A stretch of 64,000 bases of DNA from contig NC_042999.1 in NCBI RefSeq assembly GCF_006345805.1, forward strand, positions 102,548,001 through 102,612,000. Reading direction: 5' to 3'. This DNA comes from Octopus sinensis (Eukaryota). Under the pieces are notes generated by a model. It worked only from the letters and a program-made list of their open reading frames with translations. It was not told where the DNA came from and searched no databases. The translations under genes were made by a program, and so were the position numbers. Below, in pieces: positions 62,875-64,000 of this stretch (position 1 is its first letter; each line of letters begins with the position of its first letter).

Positions 62875-64000
62875 CATACATATATGTATGTATGTATTTA
62901 TGTATGTATGCATCTATATCTATATGTTTATACATACACAGACAGTACCCATCCACCCAAATAACTGTGAAACATTGAGAGTCAAGACACAGGAAAGGCT
63001 GCTCTATTATGAATGCATCTATTTTGTGTTAGAATTGCAATATGATATCATTGTATATACGCATGGTTTAAGGTTGGTAAAGTACTAGTTTTAGATCTAT
63101 GCTAATGTCCATATGAGCTGGGGATAAACTAGAAGCTCTTTTTTTTTTTATTATTCATCATTAATCTTATACATCTGTTATTCTGAAAAATGTTTTATTT
63201 GCTAACACAGAGGGTATATTTCTGAAATGCTTCTTAATTATTGCCCCCTGTTTCTTTTTATAACAATTTCTTATTGTCCCTTTGTTAAGATATAGAAAAA
63301 TCAAATACACCATACACATTCTCCTACGCATTCCTTCACACATCCCCCTACTCATCCCACCCCACACATATTTGTACTGTCCTGGATATGACTTTAAAAT
63401 TGCATTCAGTTGTGGGGTCCTGGTTCAGGAGTTTCAAGGTTTTGAGGAGTGTGGAACCACGTCTTAGCCATTATCGTTTCCCAAGACTACACTGACTGAC
63501 TCTGAGTAGTAACACCTGTCAGGATTCCAGTAATGGCTTAATTAGGACGCTATGGAAGAAACTCCAAACACAAAACCTCACTGCTGTGTGAGGGCCTTGG
63601 GTAAAAAATAGGTTAGAGGAGTCAGCTTCAATGGCAAATCAAGGAGCAATGTCCCTCAAGCAGTCTGCTGTTCTCTTTGACACCCTTCTAGTAACTCCCA
63701 GGTAAGAGGAATTCTCCAACCCTGTGAGACAATTCACCTGGGAGAAGGCCATTCCAATGTAAAACCTAGTTTTCTGGTCACTGCAGCCATCTTAACCTGC
63801 TGACCTGGTGTAGTCAGACCTCCTAGTTTAAAGACTATGATTGGATTGGGATTGTCTAAACAGACAAGGATTGGTGCAGTCTTCTGACTTGTCAGTTCCT
63901 GTCAAACCATCCAATGCATGCCAACATGGATGATGATGATGATGACGATGATGATGATGATATACATAGGTTCTTCTCTTACAAATTTGGCCTGATATGT

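Noticed and set aside
1213-63467. Numerous ORFs rich in HT, CV, YI, ER, poly-M/D/H/S
   Set aside because: They are translations of (CA)n, (TA)n, (GA)n, (TACA)n and trinucleotide microsatellites.

Overview
AT-rich, microsatellite- and transposon-dense eukaryotic DNA. The repeat content is typical of a cephalopod, probably Octopus (inference from recognising repeat families, not from a search). The only supportable host gene is a + strand FLVCR1/FLVCR2-like (SLC49, MFS) choline/ethanolamine or heme transporter. Six coding exons are visible: 13561-14144, 42987-43128, 47172-47312, 49644-49711, 53382-53485 and 55054-55164. All have GT-AG boundaries and join in one open frame. The start-codon exon and the last exons were not found. 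The rest is intron, filled with RTE LINE 3' ends, tRNA-derived SINEs, R4/Dong and Penelope-like fragments, mariner and hAT-like transposase relics, MITEs and a non-autonomous Helitron. The main results of the hunt are: (1) hammerhead-ribozyme folds from three repeat families, two on the pre-mRNA strand, one with a canonical core and two families with a C4 (CCGA) core; (2) two exons that begin with a splice-donor motif directly after the acceptor, a recursive-splicing-like AG|GT arrangement; (3) several long fold-back structures, including a 252-bp inverted duplication and a 55-bp near-perfect hairpin, that are candidate dsRNA/ADAR substrates; (4) an RT-less internally deleted RTE and a young GC-rich RTE insertion inside a hAT-like transposase. 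All alignments and folds were done by eye; TE boundaries are approximate unless a TSD is quoted.
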